A stretch of 53,560 nt of DNA, filler included, from Squatina squatina (lineage: Eukaryota): the NCBI GenBank assembly GCA_031763465.1. It is 3 parts of 3 records of this genome, joined end to end, with 100 filler letters (N's around TTAATTAATTAA, not from the genome) between each part and the next. Parts side by side here need not be neighbours in the genome. Positions count along the whole stretch, not along the records: positions 1 to 18,611 come from JARFOE010000046.1; positions 18,712 to 39,607 come from JARFOE010000056.1; 1 more part is not named here. One strand, written 5' to 3'. Made by a program: the position numbers and the translations under genes. Positions 12,862 to 26,166 of the stretch are shown here, piece by piece. The notes below the pieces were generated by a model that was not told where the DNA came from, made no database searches, and worked only from the letters and a program-made list of their open reading frames with translations. Position 1 is the first letter of the stretch; each line of letters opens with the position of its first letter.

Positions 12862-15800
12862 NNNNNNNNNNNNNNNNNNNNNNNNNNNNNNNNNNNNNNN
12901 NNNNNNNNNNNNNNNNNNNNNNNNNNNNNNNNNNNNNNNNNNNNNNNNNNNNNNNNNNNNNGGGCAGGAGGAGAGTCAGGAACGTGTGGGATTGGGGGGT
13001 GGGTGCGGTGCGGGAAGAAGGGCAGGAACTTGGGCAATGGGGGAGGTCAGGAACTTGTGCTGGGTGGAAGGTCAGGCATTTGGGCAGGGTAGAAGGGCAG
13101 GAATTTCGTTGGGAGGTCGGAGAAGGTCTTAACCCATGAGACTGAGACCTGCCTGTTCCAAATGCGCTCTGTTCTGTCTGGAGTCAGTGGTCAGAATGGC
13201 TCGAATTTCACTTTGCAAAGAGAAATTGCTGGGTGCATCTTATCCTGCAAGGGAGCCAATCAGCAATCAGGACGTGCCATGAAGCGGGCCCAATCAGAGC
13301 TTTATGTGTTACAAATAAACACACCCATCCATCCATCCCTGGGAATTCCTTGGCTTTTGAGTCCGTGTCGGACCTCCAAGCAAATGCTGTTAAATAATAC
13401 AATAGTCAGCCCATTCAAGGTACTTCAATGTAAGTGAAATGCCTTGAGCAGTATAAGTACAAGTCTTTTCCTTTTCAAAACAGTTTGTAAGTCTTTGTCA
13501 TGAAGTGTGGTTAAACCACCATACAAATAAGAATTTAAATCTGTTGTTTTGGAGTTATTATAGAATAACAGATTGGTAAGATTTGTGGTATAAGTTAAGG
13601 GTTTAAATCCACCCTAATTGGAAAATGCAAGGAATTCCAGGTGAATCCAATGTCTTGAAGTTAGATTGTGATATATGCATGGAGTTGTTTTATGTTAATC
13701 GGGCATTAATCAAATCCCATTAGCCCTGCACATCTACTGTGCTCAAATTACATGAATATATTTAGTGCCAAGAGACAAAAAATCTAAGTATCATTAACAT
13801 TTTAGGCTGCTGCAGTTTAGTTCTCAATCAGAGCAGTGTCATTCACAACTGTTAAATGGGTTGTTGCACTGTGGATTTATAATGAAGGTCTGTCCAAACA
13901 AGGTTCAAGCATCCAGTTTCATCTGGAATATTTATCATATTCTGCCACCGGACACAGTTCAATAGTCAAGTGATTGAGCACTTGCCGCCCAGGACCTGGC
14001 TGCTGTGAGATTGAGCCCTGGGGCTACCTGTCACTTAGTTCAGCCTCACTCAACTCTTGTCAGTATCTCCTGGCTCACCCATCTACGGCCCAGACCTTCC
14101 CATCTGGAGTTCGTTTCAATTGGCCATGAAGAGAAAATGAATAAGTCAAAAATGTTTTGATTTTCGCTAACAATCTCCTTTTCTCCACTCTACTTATTGC
14201 GACTTTGTGAAAATTCTCTGTTAAATATTTTATCACGCAGCACTGGGAAATGCAAAGGACACAGGGTCTTTGTTTGAATTATTATCACAATTTAAGTAGA
14301 CATTAAAGAAAATGTTTACACAGACTACATCTAAAGTTGTTACCAGAGCCTGTGCTCAGCATTCTCTTAACAATCCATCCCAGCCTCAGAAAAAAATCCA
14401 CATAGCTTTACTTAAAAGCAAGTTAATTTTCTACTTATGGCACAATCCTTATGAGCTTGTGACAGACGGTGACGGTAAGCTTTTCACACTCAGGACATTA
14501 TTTCCATCACAGATCTAAGACCACATTTTATTATTATTGGAAAGGCTGTATCAGGAAATGTGATTTTTATTTCTAACTTATTGAGCTGCCTGAAACCGTA
14601 GCTTTTTCTGGATTACTTTGAAATCAAAAAGATGGACTATTTGACGGGACATTTATTTAGNNNNNNNNNNNNNNNNNNNNNNNNNNNNNNNNNNNNNNNN
14701 NNNNNNNNNNNNNNNNNNNNNNNNNNNNNNNNNNNNNNNNNNNNNNNNNNNNNNNNNNNNTTAAACCATTTTCGTGTCTGGGCTTCATTTGCATTCCATC
14801 AGTGAGCTGCTCATGCTTTTAGAATAGATCACCAATCAGACGGAGTGAGAATTCCAGTGACTCGACCACAGATCATAGCTCGTCCAGGTAAGATAACGGT
14901 TGAGAGGAGGAGGCGATCCCGCAGGAGGGCCACGGAGGGTCGCATATCGGGCAGGGGCTGATTTTAGTTTAAAAAATTTTCTTCAACTTTTTGGAAGCAA
15001 TCTGCAGCAGTCCCTTTAAGGACTATAAGTTAGGCTGCTCAAGTCCTGGAAGTGCCGTCGGAGCTTGCACATTACAAACTCTGACTGGGACAAACTAACG
15101 CACGAGTGCCAAGTTGGCCAACTTTAGGATGCTTGATTTCTAATTTTTTTCTCGACTTTATAAAATAACAGCACGGACGGGCGAACTTTAACCACTGTCA
15201 AATAATATTTGCTGCTACTTTTCTGCTGTCAAATGAATTAGACATCAAGGAAAGGGAGAAGTTGCATATGTTTTGTCACTTTTAGGCTGTGGAATAAGTC
15301 ATTTTTATCATTGCATTCAAATTGTGTTTATGCGAAAAAAAATTGAACATAGTTCTTTCCCCCAGTTCCCTGACAGCTGCAAACAGAGATAATGTGTTAA
15401 ATACAGATAAAACTATTTAGGTGATAAAACTGCCTCAAGCTGAATGCATCCACAGAAGATGTGCACAAGGTATTAAACATGACTGGATTAGGATGTGATT
15501 ATTTTTCAAAATGACACAGTGTGCTGCATCTGTTTAAGGTGTCGATGTTCTCTCTGTCGTTGTGCTGAAAGGTTGTCAAGTTTTTAATTTCACAAAAATC
15601 TCAGCCCTGTCAGTTGACCTTTTGCCAATAAACCTTTGTTCCTGACAAAAGGGATTTTCAGCGCATAGACAAAAATATTTATAGTGTTCCTTTTATGGTG
15701 TCTGCCTTAATAGTTCGGCATTTCACTTGTGAAATGTGTTGTATCAGAGAAAAGTAATCCCAGTGTTAGTGCCCCTTCTGTTCACTTGCAATGCTCGCTT

Positions 15801-16429
15801 TTGACTCGCAGACTAATTAAAGAAGTGAGCAGCCGATCAGATCCTCAGATTGGAGTTTCCCCCCTTTGTTGCTGTGAATTCTTTTTGGCACACATTCTAT
15901 TATCAATGCTCACTTTTAATTTGGGCCATTGAGCAATGCCTCCGCTCTGTTAATAGTTGAGACTCAGGAGCTGCAAACAGGGGATTGACATGTCATGGTG
16001 AGCAGGGGTTGGGTGCAGGAGATTAAAACCAGTACAATATGTAATAGGCTCGTTATACCANNNNNNNNNNNNNNNNNNNNNNNNNNNNNNNNNNNNNNNN
16101 NNNNNNNNNNNNNNNNNNNNNNNNNNNNNNNNNNNNNNNNNNNNNNNNNNNNNNNNNNNNGAAAATGCAATCAGAGGCACCCACACGCAGGGAGCCTCAG
16201 ATCGCAATTTCAGGCCCTGTGTGTTTCTATCTGTCTTCAACTTCTTGTGTTCATTACCTGAAAGGAGGTCCTCCGCCAAACAACCCCTGTCGAGCTCCTG
16301 GGGTCAGGCACCTCCCACATAATTGGCATAAGACATTTATCAATTGTTGAGTTGATAAATTCCTTAGTGTTTACAGTGTTCTGGGACACAACTTCAATGC
16401 CTAGCCCCGTAGCATGTTAACAACCTTCT

Positions 16430-17096
16430 GTGCTGCCAAATTGCCCTTGTGCGCTCCACTTCCTCTTGGGACGGGTCCAGCGGCACTGCTGGGGCGTGAT
16501 TGGCAGTGCTACACAGAAGCTCCATTAGGCATTTCAACGCCGCTCCCCTTCGCTAAAAGGGGAGGACTGCTGCGCACTCTGCATGGCCTCTGATGGCCTC
16601 CACTAGGGCACGAGGATGGCGTGGTACTGAGGCAGCAGCCCGGCACCAAAAATGGAGTGCTGGGATGCACAATAGCGGCCCGGACGACGTAACCGGGGAA
16701 GTCGTCGGGCTGACCCATCAGTCGGCCAAAGAGATAAGATGGCGGCACGTAGTGCTCGCGACCTCTCCTTTGACTTCTGCCCCGCGAGCGGATGTCGGTG
16801 TGGTCTGCGGCCCGCAAGTTTGGAGTTGACACCACTCACGGCAGCCTCGGGGGGCAATATCCACTGCAGGGCAGAAAGGATTCGGCGCATGGCGCTAAAG
16901 CTTCACTACGCTTTTTTGATGTCGTTGTCGGCTGTACAGCGGCCCGTGGTGCTACCAGCGGGGCGCGCCACTACTGTGGTAGAGCCTCCGCGAACTATTG
17001 CACATCCCCCCCAACCCAGGTAAAAGGTACTTTGTGCCCCATTCGCGCCCCGAGGAGGCACGAAAGGGCGTTGCAAAAGGGGGCAATTTCGACCCC
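16430..17096. mobile_element. GC-rich non-autonomous Harbinger-type element
   Basis: Ends ..ccaaattgccct / aaaagggggcaatttcgacccc; related to 24341-25020 and 49639-50316. Confidence 0.6.
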
Positions 17097-18499
17097 TTGT
17101 GTTATAAATGTTACTGTTGCCTGTAAATTATCCGATGTGAGAGAAAGTCAACAAAGCAGCTCAGACCAAGTTCAGACCATGTTCATAGAGCTTTGATTAG
17201 TTCTTTTACTGCAAAGTTTTTGTCACTGATTATCCATGATTGCATATGTGCTCACTGCTTCTTGGTAGCTTTCCAAGTCACTACTTTCTTTTGATTTGTG
17301 CATTCCCTACTGACTGGTTAGTTGCTACTTCTTGAATATGACATTTGAGCCATTCAGAAGGAGTAAGGGAAAGGATCTGCGTATTGCTTTCAATATGACT
17401 AGCAATTATCTTGTGGCAGTGTTCATGTTAATTGAATGATAATTTGATGATAATGCTATTTATTAATAACAGGGGTATTATGTAATAACCAACAGGATCC
17501 TGCTGCTAAGCTGAAGCTGTGTTTAAGGTAGCTTAGTCCTTTAAAGCCAGAAATTCTGCTCACCTTAAGTAAATACAGCCAGCTAAGTTTATTTTTTGTT
17601 TGTTCAGGGAACTTTGCAAATTTGAAAGCAACTCCAGTCACAGATTGGAAATTTTGGGTTGCAGCGTAGAAGCACCCAGGTTTTCAAGATTGTTTTACGT
17701 CAATGTTGATATATTATAAAAGGTAGATTAGATAGACAGAGACATAGAATTAAATAAAATAACACTGCGGATAAAGATGAGACCAATTAATAGGATGCCC
17801 CAGTGGAATTGAAATCATTACATTAATCCAATGATTCTCAATAACGTGTTCATTAGGAACACATTTGCAAAGATTAAAATGGCTAATCATAGAATTATAG
17901 AAATATACGGCATAGAAGGTGGCTATTCAGCCCATTGTGTCTGTGCCAGCCGAGAAAGAGCTAATGGCGGGTACCAATATTTTTAGGGACAATTAAAATT
18001 ATTTAATACTGCAGGATTATTTTAAAACATTTTTACCAACTAAAGGATTTTTATGGGGCTATAAATTTGCAAATGCCTAAAATTTCAACTGAGTCAGAGT
18101 TCTATGTGCTGATTTCCCCCCTGCAAATGGCAGGGGTTTGTAATTTCATCAGATACTTGCTTGGGTCTTTTGCTCTTTTCACTCCCGTCTTGGTGCAACA
18201 TGTCAGTTTGACCTAGAAATAAGAAAACTCGGTCAGCTGAAACCAAGCATAAATCGCAAGCTCTCCTAGTTCTCTCGGGCCGCACTAATTCGCAGTTGTA
18301 CTGTGTGAGCATGGGAATTGTGCTCTGGCTCTATTTTTACTTGTTTTGTCAAAACACATTACGCTAAATAATACCTGTTTTAATGTTGTTGAGTCTATAA
18401 GAAAACATCCTACAAATCCTTGCTTTACATTGTTCAAGGTCATGAATTGTATTGAGGTATGTTACTGGGTACATATACTAATGATGCACATTTCATAAA

Positions 18500-18611
18500 G
18501 GAAGAAAGACTTGCATTTATAGAGCACCTTTCATGACCACCGGATGTCTCAAAGCGCTTTACAGCCAATTAAGTACTTTTGAAGTGTAGTCACTGTTGTA
18601 AGAAACGTAGC
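18500..18611 (-). mobile_element. Deu-domain/SacSINE1-like SINE 3' portion
   Basis: aaagacttgcatttatagagcacctttcatgaccaccggatgtctcaaagcgctttacagccaattaagtacttttgaagtgtagtcactgttgta, recalled as a common shark SINE; family name from memory. Confidence 0.6.
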
Positions 18612-18711
18612 NNNNNNNNNNNNNNNNNNNNNNNNNNNNNNNNNNNNNNNNNNNNTTAATTAATTAANNNNNNNNNNNNNNNNNNNNNNNNNNNNNNNNN
18701 NNNNNNNNNNN
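18612..18711. other. Artificial contig/scaffold join linker
   Basis: 44 N + TTAATTAATTAA (18656-18667; stops in all six frames) + 44 N. Confidence 0.9.
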
Positions 18712-18814
18712 TAGACATTTGGTTTTGCCTTCCACATGATTGGGGTGAAAAGTGAAATTGGGGAGAATGAATTTGCATAATATGATTAGTGAATAAATTA
18801 GAATTTGAGTAAAA

Positions 18815-18843
18815 TTTAGGGTTAGGGTTACCCTAACCCTAAA
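18815..18843. repeat. Short inverted telomere-like repeat
   Basis: tttagggttagggt-t-accctaaccctaaa: perfect 14-bp arms, 1-nt spacer. Confidence 0.85.
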
Positions 18844-19151
18844 AAGTTAGCCAATGCGGAAGGCGAAATTTGGCTAATTCTTGACTGCTATGACACGGTC
18901 AACAAACTTGATGTACGTGACAGACAGAAGAAATGTTATTCATCTGTTCCCCTTCACTTACCAATATACAATATTGCTTTCTCGGTTCTGGGATATAAAA
19001 CAGCACTTTTCAATACAGGACTATTTCACTATCAACTTTAAATTAACAAATATTCTCAAAATATCACACTCCAAAGAATCAGAAAGCTGGACTTCATAAT
19101 ACTGTAAAGTAAAAACTGGTACAAAAACTGATTATAAATTTGGAACTAATA

Positions 19152-20035
19152 CTGTAATTTTCCAAATATAATACACCCCCAAATATAATATTCACTCCGA
19201 TTTTCATGAACAAAATCAAATTTGCCTTATCACCGTGTAGAATACGCACCTAGACTTTTGCAGTAGATACGGCAGGCTTCTTCATTTTAATTGTTACAAT
19301 GACAGCGAAAATGAGCAAGTTACATTGCAGTCTTCAAACTTAAGGTGCTAGACGTTGCTGAAACCATGGTAACAAAGCGGCAGCAGGGGAATTCGATGTT
19401 AACGAGACAAATGTTCAACTTCGGCGAAACTCAAAGGACAAGCTAAGCAAGCCAAGACTTCTGGACGTAGAAGGAATGTTCAGCACCCACAGCTCGAGCA
19501 ACAACTTCTGGAATATATTCACCAACATTGAGCAAGGAGATGCGCAGTCAGCACTGTAGAAATTCATTTGAAAGCCCTTTGTATCACAAATGGTTTGGAT
19601 CCCAATAGCACCTTTAAAGCATCCCCAAAATGGTGCTACCTCTTCATGCAAAGGCTTGACATATCCATAAGTCGTCACACTTCAATCGCGCAATGCATGC
19701 CTGACGATTTTGAAGACAAGCTATGTGAGTACCAACGTTATATCATAAGGCTGTGAAAGCAACATCATTATAGTGCCTCTCACTGCCAATGCGGATCAGA
19801 CACCTCTCATGTTTTTCATTCCGTTCAGTCAAACTATGGCTATCAAAGGAGAATAATCGATCACCTTAAGATCAACTGGCAACGAAAAGAATCATTTCAC
19901 AGCCATGCTCGGGGCATATGAAGATGGGACAAAGATTCCGTCATATGTTATCTTCACATAAAAAATGCTCCCAAAGAATGTTAGTTGGTCACAAGATGTG
20001 ATTGTCTGTGCACATGAAAAAGGTTGGATGGATGA
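19152..20035 (+). mobile_element. pogo-family (POGK-like) DNA transposon, copy 1: left end and decayed transposase
   Basis: TA|ctgtaattttcc candidate left end; Brinker-type DBD remnant (HGNKAAAGEFDVNETNV), CENP-B-like HTH (FKASPKWCYLFMQR), NADQTPL and HEKGWMD; stops and frameshifts. Confidence 0.8.
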
Positions 20036-20135
20036 NNNNNNNNNNNNNNNNNNNNNNNNNNNNNNNNNNNNNNNNNNNNNNNNNNNNNNNNNNNNNNNNN
20101 NNNNNNNNNNNNNNNNNNNNNNNNNNNNNNNNNNN

Positions 20136-21296
20136 TGGGAATTCGATGTTAATGAGGCAAACGTTCGACTTTGGCTAAACTCAATGAATGAGCTAAAGTC
20201 CCAAAGCAAGAAAGCCAAGGCTCCTGGACATAGAAGGAAGGCTCAGCACCCACAGCTCAAGCAACAACTTTTGGAATATATTCACCAACGGCGAACAAGT
20301 GGATGCAGTCAGCACTGTGGAAATTTGTTTGAAAGCCCTTTATATCATGAAAGTTTTGGATCCCAATAGCACCTTTAAAGTATCTCCAAAATGGTGCTAC
20401 CTCTTCATGCAAAGGTATGACATATCCATACATTATTGCACTTCAATTGCATAATGCATGCCTGATGATTTTGAAGGCAAGCTATGTGAGTACCAGCATT
20501 ACAGCATAAGGCTGCGAAAGCAACACCACTATAGCACCTCTCATATTGCCAACGTGGATCAGACACTTCTCACGTTTGACATTCTGTTCAGTCAAACTGT
20601 GGCTATCAAAGGAGAACAATTGATCGCCTTAAGATCAACTGACAATGAAAAGAATTGTTTCACCGTCATGCTTGGGGCATATGGAGATGACACAAAGATG
20701 CTGCCATATATTATCTTCAAACAAAAAACTCTCCCAAAGAATGTTCAATGGCTACAAGGTGTGAAAAAAGTTGGATGGATGAAGGTTTGACCAAAGACTA
20801 GTTACGTAGCGTGTGGTGCAAAGGCCCCTCTCGGGAAAGTCCCATTCTAGTCCTCAATGCTTTTAGGTGTCATGGAATGTCATGCATCAAGGATAGCCTA
20901 AATGATAATCGCACAGATCTTGTCATCATTCCTGGGGGCATGACAGGCCAGTTGCAAGCGATGGATGTCAGCTGCAACTGACCATTTAAGCAGCAGATAC
21001 GTCAAAAGTGGAACGAGTGGCTGTACTCTGGAGCACATGCGTTTACACTGTCAGGCAACCAGAGGAAACCTGACCTTTTGCTCATTGCCCGATGGATCAA
21101 AGAAGCCTGGGATGTAAATGATCCGTTCCTGATCCAGCGTGACTTTAAGAAGTGCTGCCTCACAAACGCCATGGATGGTTCAGGAGACAACATCCTCTGG
21201 GANNNNNNNNNNTATAGTGATGACGAGAGAGATGATGAGACAGTAGAAGAGATGCGCAAACTATTCAAGGACAGCAATTCAGACATAGAATTTTAA
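20136..21296 (+). mobile_element. pogo-family (POGK-like) transposase pseudogene, copy 2
   Basis: EFDVNEANVRLW..., IANVDQTLL, LVLNAFRCH (second catalytic D appears as N), IPGGMTGQLQAMDVSCN, WIKEAW..FKKCCLTNAMDGSGD; several stops. Confidence 0.85.
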
Positions 21297-21643
21297 GGTT
21301 TTGCCGAAAACAATTTGTAGCTTTGAATATTAAACGTAGCGATAACTATTTTACTTCCGATCCTTTCCAAGTGTACTTCTATACATGTAAATAAATGTAA
21401 AAAATCTGAAGACTTAGCTTCTTGATCATTTCATTCAAAAATTATGTTTATAAATACTGAAAATGAATGAAAACAAGAGATGATTCTCAGTTATGCCTCA
21501 GAAACAGGAAGAATTAAAAAGAAATACCATTGAAACATTTCCANNNNNNNNNNNNNNNNNNNNNNNNNNNNNNNNNNNNNNNNNNNNNNNNNNNNNNNNN
21601 NNNNNNNNNNNNNNNNNNNNNNNNNNNNNNNNNNNNNNNNNNN

Positions 21644-21780
21644 AGGATTTGGACCTACGTACAAACATCAGGAGACGATCACCTACAGGTGTAATGAAGG
21701 TTATGAAATGGTTGGCAACAATGTCATTGAATGTAGTGAGAACAACACATTCGTGCCACCACCACCTACCTGCAGACCAC
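21644..21780 (+). CDS. Sushi/CCP exon copy 1 (5' end in gap), CD46 CCP4-like, RCA-family gene
   Basis: GFGPTYKHQETITYRCNEGYEMVGNNVIECSENNTFVPPPPTCRP, donor CAC|gtgagt (phase 1). Confidence 0.85.
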
Positions 21781-22939
21781 GTGAGTAAATATTCCTTAAA
21801 CTTGAGAATGGAATCAAAAGATGTGGGTGGACCTTTTTGCAATCTGTTGCAACTACGTTAATGCTGGAATGTTGGGATTGACTTTTCAGTTTGCACTGGC
21901 ACATGGATTTCTTTTTCTTACAGTTGTAAAAAAATGAAATCGGAATAATTTCTGTAAACCAATGAGCAGAGGAATCTTAATGATTTAATGCCATACATTG
22001 CCCACCCTTTAATCATGTCGTAATCTTGTGGTCACAAACACATATACTGCAGATATGACTCCAGCTATTGGAGGGTTTTCCATTGACCCCCATTGGCAGT
22101 ATGTTTTTACTTTGGTGTGTAATCTGCGTATGGTTCCTAATCCATGTTGTCAAAGCAATTATATAGAATACATTGCTAAGACAAATGAAACATTTTGTTT
22201 TCACGACTATTATTGTAGAATTATTATGCTGCATGATCTTGTTGATTTAACCTCTGGGTTAATTCTCTGAAAACAACTGAAACTATTCTAACATTAAAAT
22301 TTAATAAATAGGAGATAAATAACACACACAAATTCTAAAATTTAAAAAAAAAAAATCTTTTAAAATGTTTAAAAATATACTTACCTTCCTGGAATGGTTT
22401 TAAAGTAATGTCCCATCAATTTTTTGATTTAAAATTTCTTACAGTGGTAAAACCAAGCAGATACGTTGGGTTTTACCATGCGTAAAAAAATTTGAAGAGC
22501 TCCCCAGTGAAAGTTTTGCAAAAATCAGCGTTGTTTCTGGACAGATCGCAAATGCCAGTTATGCGGGCTTTCAATGAACAGTCCCATAACCGGCTTTTGC
22601 GTGTCTCCCCGGGTGCATGGGAACATCGCAATTTCAGGCCCATTATTCTGGAGGATTTTGTAATTGCTGTAGAAGATGGTCTTTTTTTCCCCTTGACTTA
22701 ATTCTCATGTAATGGAGTTCTGAACTTGTTTTCAGTTTATATTTGCCCTTCCACCCACCCCACCTCCACCAGGCATAGTTCTCAAGGAGATTTACTCATT
22801 GGTTTTTAATGATGCCTTAACCAGCATAACAATATTTCGATGAAGTGGGAAGATGAGTAGTGAGCCAAATGGACTTTCAATCAGTATCATAAGTACAATT
22901 AATTGTTTAATGGAGATAAAAACGTTGCTCTTTTGTCAG

Positions 22940-23125
22940 TTGTTGGATGTCAATCTCCTGAACTGCTTGCAAATGGTCGCATAGTCACAGGATTTGGACC
23001 TACATACAAACATCAGGAGACGATCACCTTCAGCTGCAATGAAGGCTATGAAATGGTTGGCAACAGTGTCATTGAGTGTAGTGAGAACAACACATTCGTG
23101 CCACCACCACCTACCTGCAGACCAC
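22940..23125 (+). CDS. Sushi/CCP exon copy 2 (complete, 186 nt, phase 1-1), CD46 CCP4-like
   Basis: Acceptor ctcttttgtcag, donor CAC|gtgagt; VVGCQSPELLANGRIVTGFGPTYKHQETITFSCNEGYEMVGNSVIECSENNTFVPPPPTCRP. Four Cys and the VV.C..P...NG...GFG pattern follow CD46 CCP4. Confidence 0.92.
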
Positions 23126-23149
23126 GTGAGTAAACGTTTCTTAATCTTT

Positions 23150-23455
23150 TTTCTTATTCGTTCATCGGATGTGGGCGTCACTGGCAAGGCCAGCATTTAT
23201 TGCCCATCCCTAATTGCCCTTGAGAAGCCTTTTTAAACCGATGCAGTCTGTGTGGGGAAGGTACTCCCACAATGCTGTTAGGGAGGGAGTTCCACGATTT
23301 TGACCCAGTGACAATGATGGAATAATGACACATTTCCAAGTCAGGATGGTGTGTGACTTGGAGGAAAACATGGAGGTGATGGCTTTCCCGCACGCCTGCT
23401 GCCCTTGTCTTTCTAAGTGGTCGAGGTTGTGGGTTTGGGAGGTGTTGTCAAAGAA
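23150..23455 (-). mobile_element. Non-LTR retrotransposon 3' end inserted in the intron after CCP exon 2
   Basis: Minus reading QVTHHPDLEMCHYSIIVTGSKSWNSLP; absent from the paralogous intron after exon 1. Confidence 0.75.
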
Positions 23456-23729
23456 ATTTGAGAATGGAATCAAAAGATGTCGGGGGAACATTTTGCAAAT
23501 CTGTTGAAACTATGTAAATAGCTGGATGTTGGGATTGATTTTTCCCATTTGGTTTTGGCACATTGATATTTTTTCTTGCTGCTCTTAAAGAAAAATAGAA
23601 AACTTTTCAGGGAGCCAATGAGCAGAGGAAGCTTAATGCTTTAATGCCATTCATTTGTTCCTTTTATCATGTCTTAATTTTGTGGTCACTACCACACATA
23701 CAGGGCTGAGTTCCAGATTTCCACTACCA

Positions 23730-24260
23730 TTTCTGTGGAAACAGTGTTTTCCGATTTCACTCCTAAATGACTGAGCTCTAATTTTATGATGATGTGCCCA
23801 TTGTTTAGATTCCTCCACCGTGGTAAATCATTTCACTGGAGCTACCGTACTGAATCCCTAAATCATTTGAAATACCTCAATTAGGTCACCCCTCAACCTT
23901 CTGAACTTAAGGGAATTGAGGCAACATTTTTTGCAACCTATTTTCTGAATTTAATGCTTTAGGCACTGGTGTCATTTTGGTGAATCTGCACCATATTCCT
24001 TCCGAGACCAACATCTCTTTACAGAGATTCGGCACCTAAAACTGAATGCAGTACTCCAGCTGAGGGTTGACCAAGGATCTGTAAAATTGAAACATCACTT
24101 CCTCACTTTTAAATTCCAACACTCTTGAAATAAAGACCAATGTTTCATGAACCTTTTGGGATTACTTTTTGTACCTGCGCACTCGGTTTTAGTGATTTAT
24201 GTACTTGGACACCTTAATCCCTTTGCTCCTTGACAGCTCCAGGCCTCTCACCATTAAGAA
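23730..24260 (-). mobile_element. Old CR1-like LINE fragment
   Basis: Degenerate CR1 3' ORF2 motifs (gcagtactccagctgagggttgaccaagg; gtcacccctcaaccttct). Confidence 0.55.
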
Positions 24261-24340
24261 AGTAGGGGGAAACCTGACATTGGCATGAGAGGAAACCATT
24301 ATTCAATGTTTTGATTCAACATTGCATGTTAAAGGAACAT

Positions 24341-25020
24341 AGGTGCCGAAATTGCGCTGTGTCTTCTTTGGGGGGCAGTAAAACTCCGGGGCCGGGTCTT
24401 TTAGCACATGGCCCGGGTGTCCCGCCCCGGAAATGAAGCAGAGCGCTGTCTCCGGAGTTCCGCTTTATTTGGGTGCGGTGTCAGCGCGCTGTTAAAGCAG
24501 AGAGCTGCTGCGCACTCTGCATCGGCCGCTGATGGTCACCACCGGGCCACCAGGGCACGGTGTGACCGGGGCCAGCAGCCCAGGAGCAAGTCGGCGTGCC
24601 AGGCTAAAGGATGGCAGCCCGTTTGACGCAAGGGCTGCCATCGGTTCGCCGACCCAAGAGTCGGCCGACAAATAAAGATGGCAGCTTGGGATACTAAAGG
24701 CCTCCCCTTTTACTGGGTGCCCCGGGAGCCGATGCGCACCGGCTTTGCGATCCGCAAAGCTGGCGTTGTCATCGCCTCCTGTTGGCCTTGGGTCCAGCAG
24801 GGCAATTTCCCCTGCAAGGCACAAAGGAGTCGGCGTGCACGGCGATGACATCATTGCTGGTTGTGCACTGGCCCGGGGTGTGGCGCTAATGGCCCAGCAC
24901 CTCCAGGACCTCCCGGACAATTTCCTGGGAGAGGCCAGCAGCCCCACCTCGTCCCGGGCAAAAATTAATTAACGCCCCATTCGTGCCCCCCGGAGGCGCT
25001 AACGGGGCCAAAACTCATCA
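24341..25020. mobile_element. GC-rich non-autonomous Harbinger-type element
   Basis: Begins aggtgccgaaattgcg; shares gccccattcg.gcccc..gaggc subterminal motif with 16430-17096. Confidence 0.55.
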
Positions 25021-25599
25021 AATTAATCCTGCTCCTTCTGCACACTTTATTGCTAATGGTAATGTTGGAGCAAGGAGCAGAGTTTTGGTGGGTGGTGGGA
25101 AGTTCAGGAGGTGGTAGTTTCAGTGAATTTTTAGCTGACAGGAAGTGGTAGTTTTGTGAAGTTGAGCTGTGGGAGATCTAGGAGTTGGAGGTGGCTTGTA
25201 AAGGAAATCTGCAAGTGGCAGTGAGTGGAGAGTGGTGGTAAGGAGAGGGTGGGAGGTGCCAGGCAAACGAAAAGTGGGAATAGTATGGATGGAGGAATAA
25301 GGAAGAACAGGAGTAAGCAAGAAAACAGGCAGGATAAGCAGGCTGTGGAAAAGATGACTCAGAAAAGGGCGATATTGTTGTGCGGTCTGTTGGTTGGTGC
25401 AAGGCACGGAGCGACGAAGAGAAGGGGAGCAGTGGAAGACTAAGTGGGGCAATGGAAGATCAGGAGAGGCAATGAAGAGAATTGGGCTCCAGGTTTCATT
25501 AATGAGGGATGGGCTTTGATGGCCACTTAATTATTTTTGCCAATTTCTCAGCAGTGGGAAACTGACCGTGTATTTTCTGTTGGTCATCACCCTGTCTTC

Positions 25600-25633
25600 C
25601 CCCACACCCCACACCCCACACCCCACACCCCAC
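25600..25633. repeat. (CCCCACA)n simple repeat
   Basis: About five direct copies. Confidence 0.85.
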
Positions 25634-26166
25634 TCCGCTTCTCACCTTTTCTCCACTGGTCCCACTACCTCTGCCACCTTCTCTGCCCCTCACTGTGCAA
25701 CCCTAATATCTTGCATCTCCCCCCGACCTTGGTATCATCTCATACTCACTCTCCATCACCTGCACTAAACTTTAAAGAAAATTAATATTTTTTTTAAATG
25801 TTGTCCTCCACTCTCCTCAAGTTCTACTGACAAATTATCGAGCCACATAAGGAGATACTAGGACAGGTGATCAACAGTTTGATTTTAATGACCGTCTTTA
25901 AGGATGATTGAGAGAGATCAGGTTTTGGGAGGGAATTTCAGAGCTTGGGACCTATAATTCAAAATATGATAAACATTTGGAACAATTTAGTTGATAATGC
26001 AATGAAGTCAGATCTTTAATCATTGGATTTTTTAATGGTGCCTTAAAAAGCATAATGTTATTTTGATCATGATGGGAACAGATGCAGTGGGCCAGATAGA
26101 CTTTCATTCAGCATCATAAGTACAGTTACTTTCTTCGTGGAGACTAAAACATTGCTCTCTTGCCAG

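Noticed and set aside
16509-17196. Overlapping GC-rich ORFs or CpG island (also 24408-24972)
   Set aside because: Lie inside TIR-bounded non-autonomous elements; no protein motifs.
17609-17680. Possible GAD exon (GT..FE......LE pattern after an acceptor)
   Set aside because: Needs a frameshift and similarity is too weak.
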